From positions 7,192,001 through 7,256,000 of the forward strand of contig NC_087437.1 in the NCBI RefSeq assembly GCF_036321535.1: 64,000 nt of DNA. The letters run 5' to 3'. Within the stretch, counting starts at the first letter, position 1. The number at the start of each line of letters is the position of its first letter. Under the pieces are notes generated by a model. That model ran no database searches and was not told where the DNA came from. It saw only the letters and a list, made by a program, of their open reading frames with translations. Source of the DNA: Camelus dromedarius. Taxonomy: Eukaryota. The position numbers and the translations under genes are program-made. Positions 1-10,800 of the stretch are shown piece after piece.

Positions 1-572
1 TGGGCAGACATGGCCCCCTGGCTCTCACTGTGGCAAGCAGAGAGAGCCACATTCTGGTCCTCACACGTGCTTGACCAGTCCTTTTGTGCAGTGCACAGAA
101 TGAGCAACTGTACAGAGTTCCCGAGGAAATCTTCAGACACACATGTTTTTGCCCGAACGAGAAAGGTTTGAGCTTCCTGTTCTTGCTTTCTTAAAACTTC
201 AGCCTCTGAATTCATTGTGTTTCCTTTCCCCTACCCGTTTTCCATTTCCCCAGTATCTGGGAGGGGAGATTTTGTTTCATTTTGTTTGTTTCATCTCTAA
301 GACTGCTGGAGCTACAGGTGCAGTTGGTATACACACACGAGGAGCAATTTTCTACAAATTTAGTGAGTGGCTATCAATGGATTTGGAAAGCCCTCAAAGA
401 CCACTTTTGTCCCTCTAGGTTCTCATTTCCTTAAATTCCTTCATTAGAAGTGACTCTGGGCTGCTCTAATGCTGTGTTGACCCCAAAAATGATTTGCCCT
501 TCTGTTTTCACACTCATTTTTTTGAACTAGAAAAAAGAAGGAAAGGGAAAATTTTGCACAAAGAAAAGGAGC

Positions 573-680
573 GAAAAAGAATATGGAAACGAATATAAAT
601 ATATGTATAACTGAATCACTATGCTGTACACCAGAAACTAACAGAACATTGTAAATTGACTATACTTCAATTTAAAAAAA
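573..680 (+). mobile_element. Lineage-specific L1 3' UTR end, heavily 5'-truncated
   Basis: GAAAAAGAATATGGAAAC...TATAACTGAATCACTATGCTGTACACCAGAAACT...GACTATACTTCAAT plus A-tail; same motif as copies at about 4.0, 10.2, 61.0 and 63.9 kb. Confidence 0.88.
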
Positions 681-690
681 GACAGAGTAG

Positions 691-872
691 ACTGTACAGC
701 ACAGGGAACTACATTCAATGTCTTGTAGTAGCTCGCGGTGAAAAAGAATATGAAAATGAATATATGTGTGTTCATGTCAGACTGAAACATTATGCTATTC
801 ACCGGAAATTGACACAACATTGTAAACTGACTATATTTCAATAAAAAATACATATACAAAAAAAAAAAAAAA
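691..872 (+). mobile_element. Second lineage-specific (camelid-type) L1 3' end, in tandem with the first
   Basis: ACTGTACAGCACAGGGAACTACATTCAATGTCTTGTAG...GACACAACATTGTAAACTGACTATATTTCAATAAAAAATACATATAC followed by poly(A). Confidence 0.9.
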
Positions 873-1764
873 GAGCAAGAAAGAGAATGATTGTGGCAAA
901 AAAAAAAAAAAATGTAGAGAAGCCTGCAGCTTTCTGAAGATTTTGTAAAAAATATTTCAGCTTTGGGGACTCATCTAGGCCCAAGTGTCCAAAGACTGAA
1001 TGACCTGCTCTCCTTATCTTCCTGGAGGGAGACGGACCAAGGGATGGGGGACTAGACAAAGCAGGAGGCAGGGCTTCACCTGTGGAGCACTTCCCGACCA
1101 TTAACACTTGATTTTCCCCTTTGGGTTGGGATGGTGTGGGGTGAGGGAGAGCCCTGTTGTATTACTGAGCATCTGGGGAAACGGGAGGTGCATAGAACAT
1201 CTTCCAGTTGTTCCTGGTCCTGGACTATGAATTCTAGAACCACTGATCCTGCCTCTCTGGTCCTCCCCTATTCTGTTCCCACTCGCTCTCAGACGCCTGT
1301 CTCCACTTTTCCCTCCACCCTACTTCTCACCCAATCTTCTTTTCATGAGTCATCTCTGGAAAGAGAAACCAGAGGGAACAAAGAATACAAGAGAATCTTT
1401 AATAGCTGGATCAGATACTACTTGTAAACTGGAATCAAGCCTCACAACTTCCCTGTGAGGTGAGAAAGCTTCCTACCACCTTTGACCTCCTGGGGGATGT
1501 CTGCAGAGGAAAGTGCCTTTCTGCTGGGCACGCTAGCCAGGGCAGGGCACAAGCCTTCCTGCTTCTGTCAGTGTGGGGGACCTCTCCCTAGTTTGCCCTT
1601 TCTCCCTTGTTCTCCAATGGAGCTCTTTTGAGGAGGGGAACTGATCCCTTGTGTTCAGCCACTGGCACAAGAGAGGGTCACATGGGAGGAGAAACCCCAA
1701 CCCTTCCATCCTTTCTCCTGGAAAAAGACCCAACTTGCAGCCAGAGATCCTGTCACTCATTATG

Positions 1765-2005
1765 ACCAAGTACTTCTGCCCTCTGCCCTCCTTTTGCTCA
1801 TCTGTAAAGTGGACATCATAGACACAAGTTTAGTGGACGGCTATCTAGAGATACAGTGTGTGGATTTGAAACACTGTCAGATGGCCACCCTTGTCCCCAA
1901 GTGTCTTCCCAAGACTTACTTCCTTGGGTTGTTCTGAGGATTAAAAGAAATAATATAACTGCGAGGGCCAGGCAGGAGCTGAAGTCACACTAGATGCCCA
2001 CTTAA
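1765..2005 (+). mobile_element. MIR SINE remnant (interrupted)
   Basis: CTCATCTGTAAAGTGG core and GGTTGTTCTGAGGATTAAA 3' part. Confidence 0.6.
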
Positions 2006-2509
2006 GAGTCATTGAAAAGAAAAAAGAAGCGTGAACAAGATCTCAGAAGTGAGACCAGGGAAACCTTTATCTAGACACATAGAGAAAAAATCACTTACCA
2101 AAAATATTTTTAATGGAAGGGAACACCCTTAGTGTCCAGATTCTTCTCCTTTTCTTCCCTGTGACTTAAAACCTTTGAGCCTACAACAAAGCTTAGCCTC
2201 CCTACATCCCCCAATTTTAAGGAAGTATCCAAGAGTAATGAGCAATAGTGGAAACAACGCTGAAGGGAGAGAGGAAAGCTACAAAGAATTGGACAAGGAC
2301 AGGAACACAGAGAAGAGAAGTGGAGGGAGGGGGCGGGCAACTTGATGAAATCTATTCACTTCTCACAGTTCTGCCCTGGGCCAGCCCCACAGAGGAGCGT
2401 GAGGATGGACAGGTGCAGTGGATGAGCAGGGTACCATGGCTGGACCGTACACCAGTTGTGTAGACACCAAGATCTTCATTATGTGGCACACCTTTGTAAT
2501 GGGCTCTAG

Positions 2510-2880
2510 TTATATGAGTTTGGCTCCAAGCATTAAAAAAACAAAGAGTAGTTTAAATGAGTAAGGGCTCTCTTTGTCCCATGCCACCACAGAAATCCAT
2601 AGGTTGGTGCATGGACTAGCGTGATGGCTCCAGGAAGTTTCCCAAGCCTTAGCCCCTTTCCAACTTCCTGCCTTGCCAACCTTGATGGAGACCATTTGCC
2701 CTTAAGATTGTTGCTACATGGGCATACCCCAGGCAGAAGAAAAGCTAAGGGGGCAAATAGGAAAATTGGATTCTATATAGAAAAGGAAAAAAATAAAATT
2801 GTCCCTCAGGTCCTCTCTTATTGGCCAGAATTGTGTCACATGGCTGCCCCTAGTTGCAAAGGAGTCTAGGGAAGAGAGTT
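2510..2880 (-). mobile_element. Ancient MaLR solo LTR (MLT1J/K/L-like)
   Basis: ATTGGCCAGAATTGTGTCACATGGCTGCCCCTAGTTGCAAAGGA motif typical of MLT1. Confidence 0.7.
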
Positions 2881-2956
2881 TCACGGCATGCATGTGCAAG
2901 GCAAACTCCTCCATCTGTGTTAACGCACGTTCAGTGAAATCCACATTGTTCTCTTT

Positions 2957-3150
2957 AGAGCTTCACTGCCCAGTGTGGCAGTTAACAGATGTATGTGGCT
3001 ACAGGAATGCAAATGGATTAAAATTAAACAGAATTAGAAATTAATTTCCTCAGTTGCACTAGCCTCATGTGACTTGTGGCAACCATCCTGGACAGTACAG
3101 ATCTAGAACATTTCCACTATCTAAGAAGGTTCTGCGGTGTGACTTTGGAT
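2957..3150. mobile_element. MER3/MER33-like hAT-Charlie MITE
   Basis: TTAAAATTAAACAGAATTAGAAATTAATTTCCTCAGTTGCACTAGCC...GGACAGTACAGATCTAGAACATTTCCA. Confidence 0.75.
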
Positions 3151-3929
3151 AGACATGAGGAGTTGCAGAACATCATGTTGAGAGTTGGCAGAAGCAGAAA
3201 ACAGCCTGCATTAAACAACAGCCAAAATTCTTTGAGGTGACTGAGGCTCTAACTGTTGATGGTGTTGGGGGAGGGAGGCTGTGGGAACTGGATAGGGATG
3301 GGATTCTAGAATATTTGTGATCAGTGAGCAGCAAAAGCATTGCTTCTAAAATCCGTATTCAGTCATGCTCTGGTTCTGGTCTTCCTCCAAAATATCTGAG
3401 ATTGTTTAGAGTCAAGTTTAGTCCCTTTTCTCACATTATGGATGGACAGGTAGCATCTCCCTTCTCTAAAACGATCACGATGAATACATTTTGGATTTAA
3501 TTGTCCCTACGGCTTGCTCGGTCTATCCTTTAGAAGCTCCCGGAAGCTGAGGGGTGGAGCCATGGTTTGATTCCCAAGAATTTAGCAGCATTATTTGTCT
3601 AAGCATTAGGGGAATTATTCAGCTAAGTCCTGATGACTTGAAAGCAAGTTTACCTCTGAGAGTGTATTTCCCTTTCCTTCAACACTTCAGCCTCATTACT
3701 TGTCCTACATCTTGTGTTGAATCACACAAGATGCCCATCTGTCCAAGGGCTTATTCTGTTGGCTCACACTGAATGGCTTGAATTTCAACTTTACTTTGAA
3801 CTTATTGGCTTATCGCCACCTGCTTTTCCTGGGCCACACGTACAATTAAGTCATACGCTTATTTCTCTCACAGATACTTTGAACCAACATGATGCTACGA
3901 AAGCTGTGTTATGTGTATTTTTCTCTCCT

Positions 3930-3950
3930 GTTGTTGTTGTTGTTGTTGTT
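3930..3950. repeat. (GTT)7 microsatellite
   Basis: Seven perfect GTT units read directly. Confidence 0.95.
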
Positions 3951-4013
3951 TTGAAATGGCAGCTTCCTTCTTTTTTAAAATTTTTAAATTTATAAATTTT
4001 TTTCATGTTTTCA

Positions 4014-4375
4014 TTTTTTTTAAATTGTAGTATAGTCAGTTTACAATGTTGTGTTAATTTTTGGTATACAGTTATACATATATATGTTCCTTTTCATATT
4101 CCTTTTCATTACAGGCTATTACAAGATATTGAATATAGTTCCCTGTGCTATACAGTAGGACCTTGTTGTTTATCTATTTTATATATAATAGCTGGTATCT
4201 GCAAATCCTGAACTCCTAATTAAACCATCCCCCTCCATTTCCCCTCTGGTAATGTTTTCTGTGTCTGTGGGTCTGTCTCTGTTTTGTAAATAAGTTCATT
4301 TGTGTCAGTTTTCCAGACTCCACATGTTAAGTGATATCATATGGTGTTTTTCTTTCTCTTTCTGGCTTACTTCGC
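4014..4375 (-). mobile_element. Lineage-specific L1 3' UTR, 5'-truncated
   Basis: Poly(T), then GTATAGTCAGTTTACAATGTTGTG...GAATATAGTTCCCTGTGCTATACAGTAGG...GTGATATCATATGG...GGCTTACTTC. Confidence 0.92.
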
Positions 4376-5236
4376 CTATTTTGTGCCTGAATCAGTGGCA
4401 CCGGCTCTGCGGGGAGAGAAGCTCTCCCTGATAAATGCTGTGTATGGTACCACGGCCAAAAGTTTTCCTCTTCCAGCTCTAGTTAAAATTAATTACGCTT
4501 ATTGCCTCCCTTCTCATTTTTCTTCATGTCTAGAAAAGTGATAGGATGTTCTGATTTTCCTTTTGTGGTTCCAGGGCAGTGGCAGTTACCAGTAATTAAA
4601 GGCGCAGTGTCCACTGTAGCCATGTGATGGGAACTGGCGTGCGAACCCAGGGAACAGGGACTGTCCGCCTCCGCGTGATGCTTCTATAACTCTTTCTCAA
4701 AGGCGGGGGCCCAGTTGGCACCCAAGAAGCAATAAATAATCATGATGAGTAGTCTCGACTTGTGCATTCCTAGAATGGTGCCTTGCTTTTTCTAATTTTG
4801 TAAAATGGCTTCCTGATGAAGTAGAAATGTCCGTGTCACCATCACAGAAAAATATGGATTGGTTTTCAATGAAATATTAATGATTAGCCACTCACTGGGC
4901 TTTTCCTTTGTGAGGAGCGAAATGAAAAGGGAGCTGAATTTCTTGAGAATGAGTTAAAAATGGGATTGCTTCAGTATTAACTCTGGCTGAGCCACGCTTT
5001 GGGGGGGGGGTTTCTTGTTTGTTTGTTTGTTTTTAAAACGAACGCACTTCCTCCATGTCACCCCCATCTCTCCTCTGACTGCCCTGCCCTCATTTTGGGC
5101 GTCTTCATTCTGCAGTAGAAACTTCAGACAAATAAGGGCATGGTTTTGACAGGTGGGGTTTGTGGTGCTAGAATAAACCAGAAGTAAGTCTTGCCTCCAA
5201 CACACGCCGGTTTTCTTTCATGAACTTTGAGAGCGC

Positions 5237-5350
5237 TCCTTATCTGTAAAGTGTACTCATGTGTAAAATGGGAATAATACTAATGATGCCTACCTCATAG
5301 GTTGGCGGTGACGATTAAGAAAGAGTGGGTGGGGAAGGCCTGAGCACAGA
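5237..5350 (+). mobile_element. MIR SINE remnant
   Basis: CTCATGTGTAAAATGGGAATAATAC...CCTACCTCATAGGTTGG...GATTAA. Confidence 0.75.
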
Positions 5351-6539
5351 CGACAAGAAACATTCATTTTCATTCTTTGGTTGATGGGGTGCAGCCAGGG
5401 AGGAGGTAAGACCCAAATTTGCTCAAATGAGCCTCTTGGGCCAGCAGTGCGGTGGAGACAAGAATGATGGAATAAGATTTGGGGATTACCTGTGGCTTTC
5501 TGCTTCCTGCCCTCTTCTGTTTCCTGTTACCACTTGAGAGTTTGTTCTGCTGACTCTGGACATGGTGTGGAAATTTCTCCTCCACTTTTGCTGACTCTGT
5601 CAGGATTAGCAAGACAGCAAGAGTCATTCAGACCAGAGTGGCTGAAACAGTGAAACAGGCAGGAAGGACCCATCAGAAGAGGACTTGCCTCTGAGTTCTG
5701 GAAGGAGGGGGTGTTGGCTCTGCCAGGAGTTCAGACTCTGGGAATTCTGTGTGCTAAGCTTTCTTCCCTGGGGAACTGCCACCTGCAGCCAACCCTTTGG
5801 TCCCCAGGCCCCCTTCCTTAGGCGTCTGTAGCCTTATCTGGAGACTCACAGAGGGCTGAGGTGAGATGGAGCGATAAGCAGGAAGTGCAGTGGAATTTTA
5901 TTCCTGGAAAAAAAAAAAAGGGACCTTGGCATGAGCAGCAGAAGAGAGGGTTTGGGATGTTAATCACCGCTCCTTTTATCAGACAGCTTTATTAAGATCA
6001 ATGTTTTTTGTTGCCAAATTAGAGTGGACCTAGAGCGAACTTCCCAGCAGTTATTAACACAAGTCCACATTTGCTGGAAGGATTGGGTACCTCCACGTGC
6101 TCAGCCATAGCTGGAAGTTACACAATATCTGTATCATTTTTCACAGCTTTGTCATTAGCTGGTAATGATTTGATTATTTTGCAGATGAATCACAGTATAA
6201 ATCTCTTTCACAAACACTACCTCCAAGTATTAATCAAAACCATTAAGGCAAAGCAGTCGGTGCAAATTAAAAAATTTGCATGTCTAAATTAAAAATTACA
6301 GTAATACATCATAAATAAATCTTTTAAATTCTCTGTGGCCTCTGTGCACATCCTTTCTTTGGTGTGTGTATTTTATAATGAGACCGGAGATACCAAGCTT
6401 TTTTCTCTCTCTGTATATATATATTATATGTATATATAAACATGATCTAATTTTAAAGGGAGAATTCAGATTCTTAGATGGAATCTGGTATTAGAACATG
6501 AAAAGGAAGGGGGAGGGTTTTTTTCCTTTTCCTCATTTA

Positions 6540-7230
6540 TTTCATTTTTTTTCCCCAGCAGAATATTCAAAGATGGCACAAAAAAAGAAGGGAATGGAAG
6601 CTGTTGCAGATAATTTGCAGCGTCTTCCATCGTCGCAAAGTAAATATTTGTAAAAGGTGATGCTTCTTTTTCAAATAACTTTGAACTGTGAGGAAAATTA
6701 CCAAGTTGTGTTTTAGGTAATATTTCATTTTGGAACTATTAACACATTACTTGCAGTATGGGAGGAAATTAGAGGGCTTTGAGTGATGAAAGCCACCTTT
6801 GGCATTAAAAAACTATTATTATTCCCTTGAAATGCCGAAGCAAATTAAAACAGGAAAATGAAACTTTCAAGTGCCCTGGATTTGAAAAGGCATTTTTCCC
6901 CCTTTCATTTGTCAAAAAAAAAAAAAAAAATTTTTTTAAATGACTTGTTTCGCTGGAAACCTGGAAGAGATCATTTATAAGGCAGAAAGTACTTTTTTCA
7001 AAATGCCTTTGCCAAGTAGTTTAGGGGTATGAGAGTGCCCACATGTGAGTCACCACCCTGCGCCGTGTTTAAGCGGGTCTCTGGGGAGCCAGAAACAGAC
7101 CAGTGTGCACCGAGGATCAGCTCAGCTCCAGGTACCGCGGTGGCAGCAGCAATTAGAAAGCACGTTCGCTCTGCCCAGGATTTAACCCAATTAACCTATC
7201 TGTAACCTATTAACCTAATTAAACAGAAGA
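6540..7230. promoter_or_regulatory. Candidate conserved non-coding/enhancer element
   Basis: No recognisable repeat; many TAAT/ATTA cores, AP-1 TGAGTCA at 7046-7052, E-box CATGTG, repeated GGCATT and TAACC motifs. Conservation not verified. Confidence 0.35.
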
Positions 7231-7694
7231 GCTCCTCTGTAAGGGAGGTCTGCAGGACTCTCCCCATTGGGGGGTAGAAGTTGAGAAGGAGGGCATAGTT
7301 TAGGGAATATTGTAATTTGAAGTCAGGGGGTTTTTTTTGTTTTTTTTTTTTCCTTTTTGGTAACAGAATTGGGACATGAAAACACAATTCCAAGGTGCTC
7401 GGTGTTTCCCTAACAGAAGGGTATAGATTTAACCAGCAAGTAACTTTACACTTACTTGTGTCCCTGCCTTGGGGAAATCTTGCCTTAAATTATTTCTCAC
7501 TGATACAGAGAGATTCAGTAAGAAGTCAGGAGAGCCATTCTCTACGTAGGACTGTTAGTCGCTTTTTCCTTGCCTCGTGCAGATTTCAAAAAAGTGCCCA
7601 GAAAATCCTTTTATTGTTTTCCTTAGTTTAACTCAATTCTGTGCAATTGTTTTACCGCTGTGGCTAATCTTCATGTCTTTAAAAGGTGGGATTT

Positions 7695-7840
7695 CTCTCT
7701 GGCCCCTTGCTAGCTTGTGCGTCCTTAGTGAATTGCTTCATCTCTCTCTGGGTCTCACTTTACACATCTGTGGAAAATGAGTGGGTTGGACGAGATGGTC
7801 TCATAAAGGTTTTTTTCCCAGCTCTAAATATTTTGTGATT
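7695..7840 (+). mobile_element. MIR3 SINE remnant
   Basis: CATCTGTGGAAAATGAGTGGGTTGGACGAGATGGTCTC...CCCAGCTCTAAA. Confidence 0.75.
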
Positions 7841-7917
7841 TTTATATCCTTACTTCTCCCGCTATGTCCTCTCCTTTTGAATCCATTTACCAATAAACGT
7901 TTCTTGAACGACTTTGG

Positions 7918-8085
7918 ATAGAACTGTGGCGCCCAGTATGGTAACCATGTGTCTATTCATATTTAAGTTAGACAAAATTACAGATGCAGTTCCTCATTCA
8001 CATGAAGCCACCTAGAGGTGATCAGCAGCCACAGGTGCGATGGGACGGCACTGGGTCAAGCACTTCCATCTCTGCAGACAGTTCT
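7918..8085. mobile_element. MER3-like hAT MITE remnant
   Basis: CCAGTATGGTAACC...CAGTTCCTCATTCACA...CTTCCATCTCTGCAGACAGTTCT. Confidence 0.6.
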
Positions 8086-8269
8086 CCATGCTGGAGGAAA
8101 CTGCAGCTGAGTCCTTTCCTGTGACTTCCACATTCCCTTGATTGTGTAGAATCCCGCCTGTCATTTATACACGATGACGCGAGAAGCCAAACTCTTATGG
8201 AAAACTCATCTTTATTCAGTTTAACTTTGGTGATATTTATAGGACCCATAATACACTTAACCAGGCACT

Positions 8270-8440
8270 CAGCCACTTGCCAGCTGGATGAGCGTGTGCA
8301 AATTGTTCAGCCCTTCTGAGCCTCAGTTTCCTCATCTGTAAAGTGGGTATAATAGTACCTGTTCTGCAGGGGTGGTTTCATGTGAAGCCCCTGGCATGGT
8401 GTGGGGCAGGAGTAAATGCCTACTATCTAGTATTAGATCA
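8270..8440 (+). mobile_element. MIR SINE
   Basis: TCTGAGCCTCAGTTTCCTCATCTGTAAAGTGGGTATAATAGTACCT, near-consensus MIR core. Confidence 0.85.
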
Positions 8441-9329
8441 TATTCTTTTTGTGAAAGAGCAAAGCCCATCATTAAATTGCTGAGGAATTTTTATTTGTAG
8501 GAGATATTGTAAATGCAAGTATCTTGCTTCTGAAAAATACGTTAGCTTGGCAAATTAAACAGAAGGATGGCAAAAACCCTCGTTAAGAAGTCACATGTCT
8601 GCTGGGCTAGAGGAAAGAGAGCTGGATGTGTAAATGGAAGTGGTCCCTGTAGTTTCACTCTTTAGTGCTTGGGACGTGCCCTTCCTTCTCTCCCACATTC
8701 CATACTTGACCTGTCTGGGAACAGGGTATAATGAGGCCTGCTGGTGGGCTTCTGTGAGGGTGCTGCTCTGCTGGCAGCTTTCTAGAAGATCCTCCCCATG
8801 CAGGTGGAGGAGGGCTCAGCTTCCTCGTTCTAACTTCCACCTAACACAGCCAGGCATCTTTTCTGAAGGCTGTGGTCAATGCATAATATTTTGGTCTCAT
8901 GCAAAACTGCAGCATTTGTCTTTTAAGAGGATGATGTCAGGAAAGGCTCCGTAGAAGCAGAAGCCTTTCCCAGTTACTGAGGGCCAGGGATAAAGATGGG
9001 GTGGGGTGCGTATTCGAGGTTCTTTTTTGCATACGTTGACATCCATCATGGATGCGTTCTCTGCTCCTACACCCCTTATAGGTATGTCCCTCATCCTCTT
9101 GCTAGAGGGTGAGGCATGGCATCTTCTGTAATGTACTGGGGTGAGTGGAAGGCTCCAGTGCTCAATAGTTTGCAGAGGAAGAGCTTTAGTTTTCAGACTC
9201 TTTTCTCTGTTAATGGCAGTGGTGTGATTTTGTAAGCCTGGAAGCCCTCTTGTCTCAGGCTTCCCATTTTCTCTTCCCCAAACATAATTTCTCCACCTTT
9301 TATATTTACCGCGATAATCCAACCACACA

Positions 9330-10800
9330 GATAACCTCGGTTGACGTTTGAAAAATTTATACGAAGAGCACATGAACATATTTAGAAAATTCAAAAAAGG
9401 AAAAAGGTAGAAAACAGGGAGCAAAAATACGCTCTGCCCCCAGCCCCACCCCCGCCCCAATCCCTCTAACATAAACAACCATTGGTCATTTTTTCTGATG
9501 TGATGTTAAAAATCCATCCATACATAATACCTACAAGCCACCTCTTAACAATATACAGAATAAAAGCCATGATATACGCAGTGTTCCGACTCTGCTTTTG
9601 GTTTTTGGTCTTAATGTTATATGTTTGAGGCTTCTTTCCCTACCAGAACCTACAAAACTACCACAGTTTTTATGTTATTGGCTGCACAGGATTCCACCAT
9701 ATGTTGTCCCATTCCATAAAATATTTACTCCTTCCCTAATTGATAGACATTTAGGTTGTTTCCAAGTTCCTTTTTGCTGCAACAGACTATGGCTCACATT
9801 AGCTGTATATAGGTTTACTTTGGCAAGCAGCAAGTTGATTTCTAGATGTGTAGGTGTCAGGTCAAAAACAATACATGTGACGATGTCCAGGTCCATCATG
9901 TTGCTGCAAATGGCATTATTCCATTCTTTTTTATGGCAGAGTAATATTCCATTGTATAAATATACCACAACTTCTTTATCCAGTCATCTGTCGATGGACA
10001 CTTAGGTTGTTTCCATGTCTTGTAAATAGTGTATTGTAACTAGTGCTGTGAACATTGGGCGCACGCATCTTTTCGAATTAGAGGTCCCTCCAGATGCGCC
10101 CAGGAGTGGGACTGCTGGATCATAGGGTAAGTCTATTTTTAGTTTTTTAAGGAAAGGGAATGGTATCCAATATTTTGTAGTAACCTATAACAAAACAGAC
10201 TCCGAAAAAGAATAGATACATGTGTATGTATGACTGAACTATTATGCTGTACATCAGAAATTGACACAACATTGTAAACTGACTATTCTTCGATAAAAAA
10301 AGACAATACATATTTTCACTTTAATAGCTCTTGGTTAATGGTCATCTAAAAAGTTTTTAACTTGTTAATACGGTTATCGTCAGTGTTAAGAACGACTGCT
10401 TCCTATAGGCTAATTAATATCGGCTATTCTCACACTTTACCATTTGCTTGTCTGTTAGATAAAAGACAGTATTTTGTTTTGGTTAACATTTCTTTCATTA
10501 TGCTCAAGGTAAACATTTTTGGGGTATTTTTACTGATTTTTGCCAATTGCATATTTTTTTCCCTATGAGCTGCAGTGCACAGCTACCCTTTGCTTATTTT
10601 GGGGAGGGTCATGCTTTCCTCACTGTTTGTGCAGCACTTTATTAACTGACTGAATTAATCCATTGTCTGGGTTTCACACACATATTTTTTGTCCAATTTA
10701 TTGTTTGGCTCTGGACTTCAATTATGGTCCCACCCGCCTCCCTCCCACCTCCACCCCCCATTGGAGTTTCCTTTGTATGTAGTCAATTCCTGACCATTTC
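9330..10800 (-). mobile_element. Old L1ME/L1MC-like LINE fragment, split by a younger L1 at 9877-10298
   Basis: TTGATAGACATTTAGGTTGTTTCCAA and other degraded ORF2-end/3'UTR motifs on both sides of the insertion. Confidence 0.7.
9877..10298 (+). mobile_element. 5'-inverted (twin-primed) camelid-type L1 insertion with TSD
   Basis: 9877-~10154 is antisense ORF2 C-terminus (..WKQPKCPSTDDWIKKLWYIYTMEYYSAIK.. on the minus strand); ~10155-10298 is sense 3' UTR plus A-tail; TSD AAAAACAATACAT (9864-9876) / AAAGACAATACAT (10299-10311). Confidence 0.88.

Noticed and set aside
8897..9478. 193-aa minus-strand ORF
   Set aside because: Begins inside an old L1 remnant, has a non-ATG start and gives no recognisable protein.
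9598..10005. ORFs overlapping the nested L1s
   Set aside because: Frames are derived from L1 ORF2 remnants and cross the insertion junction; not a host gene.
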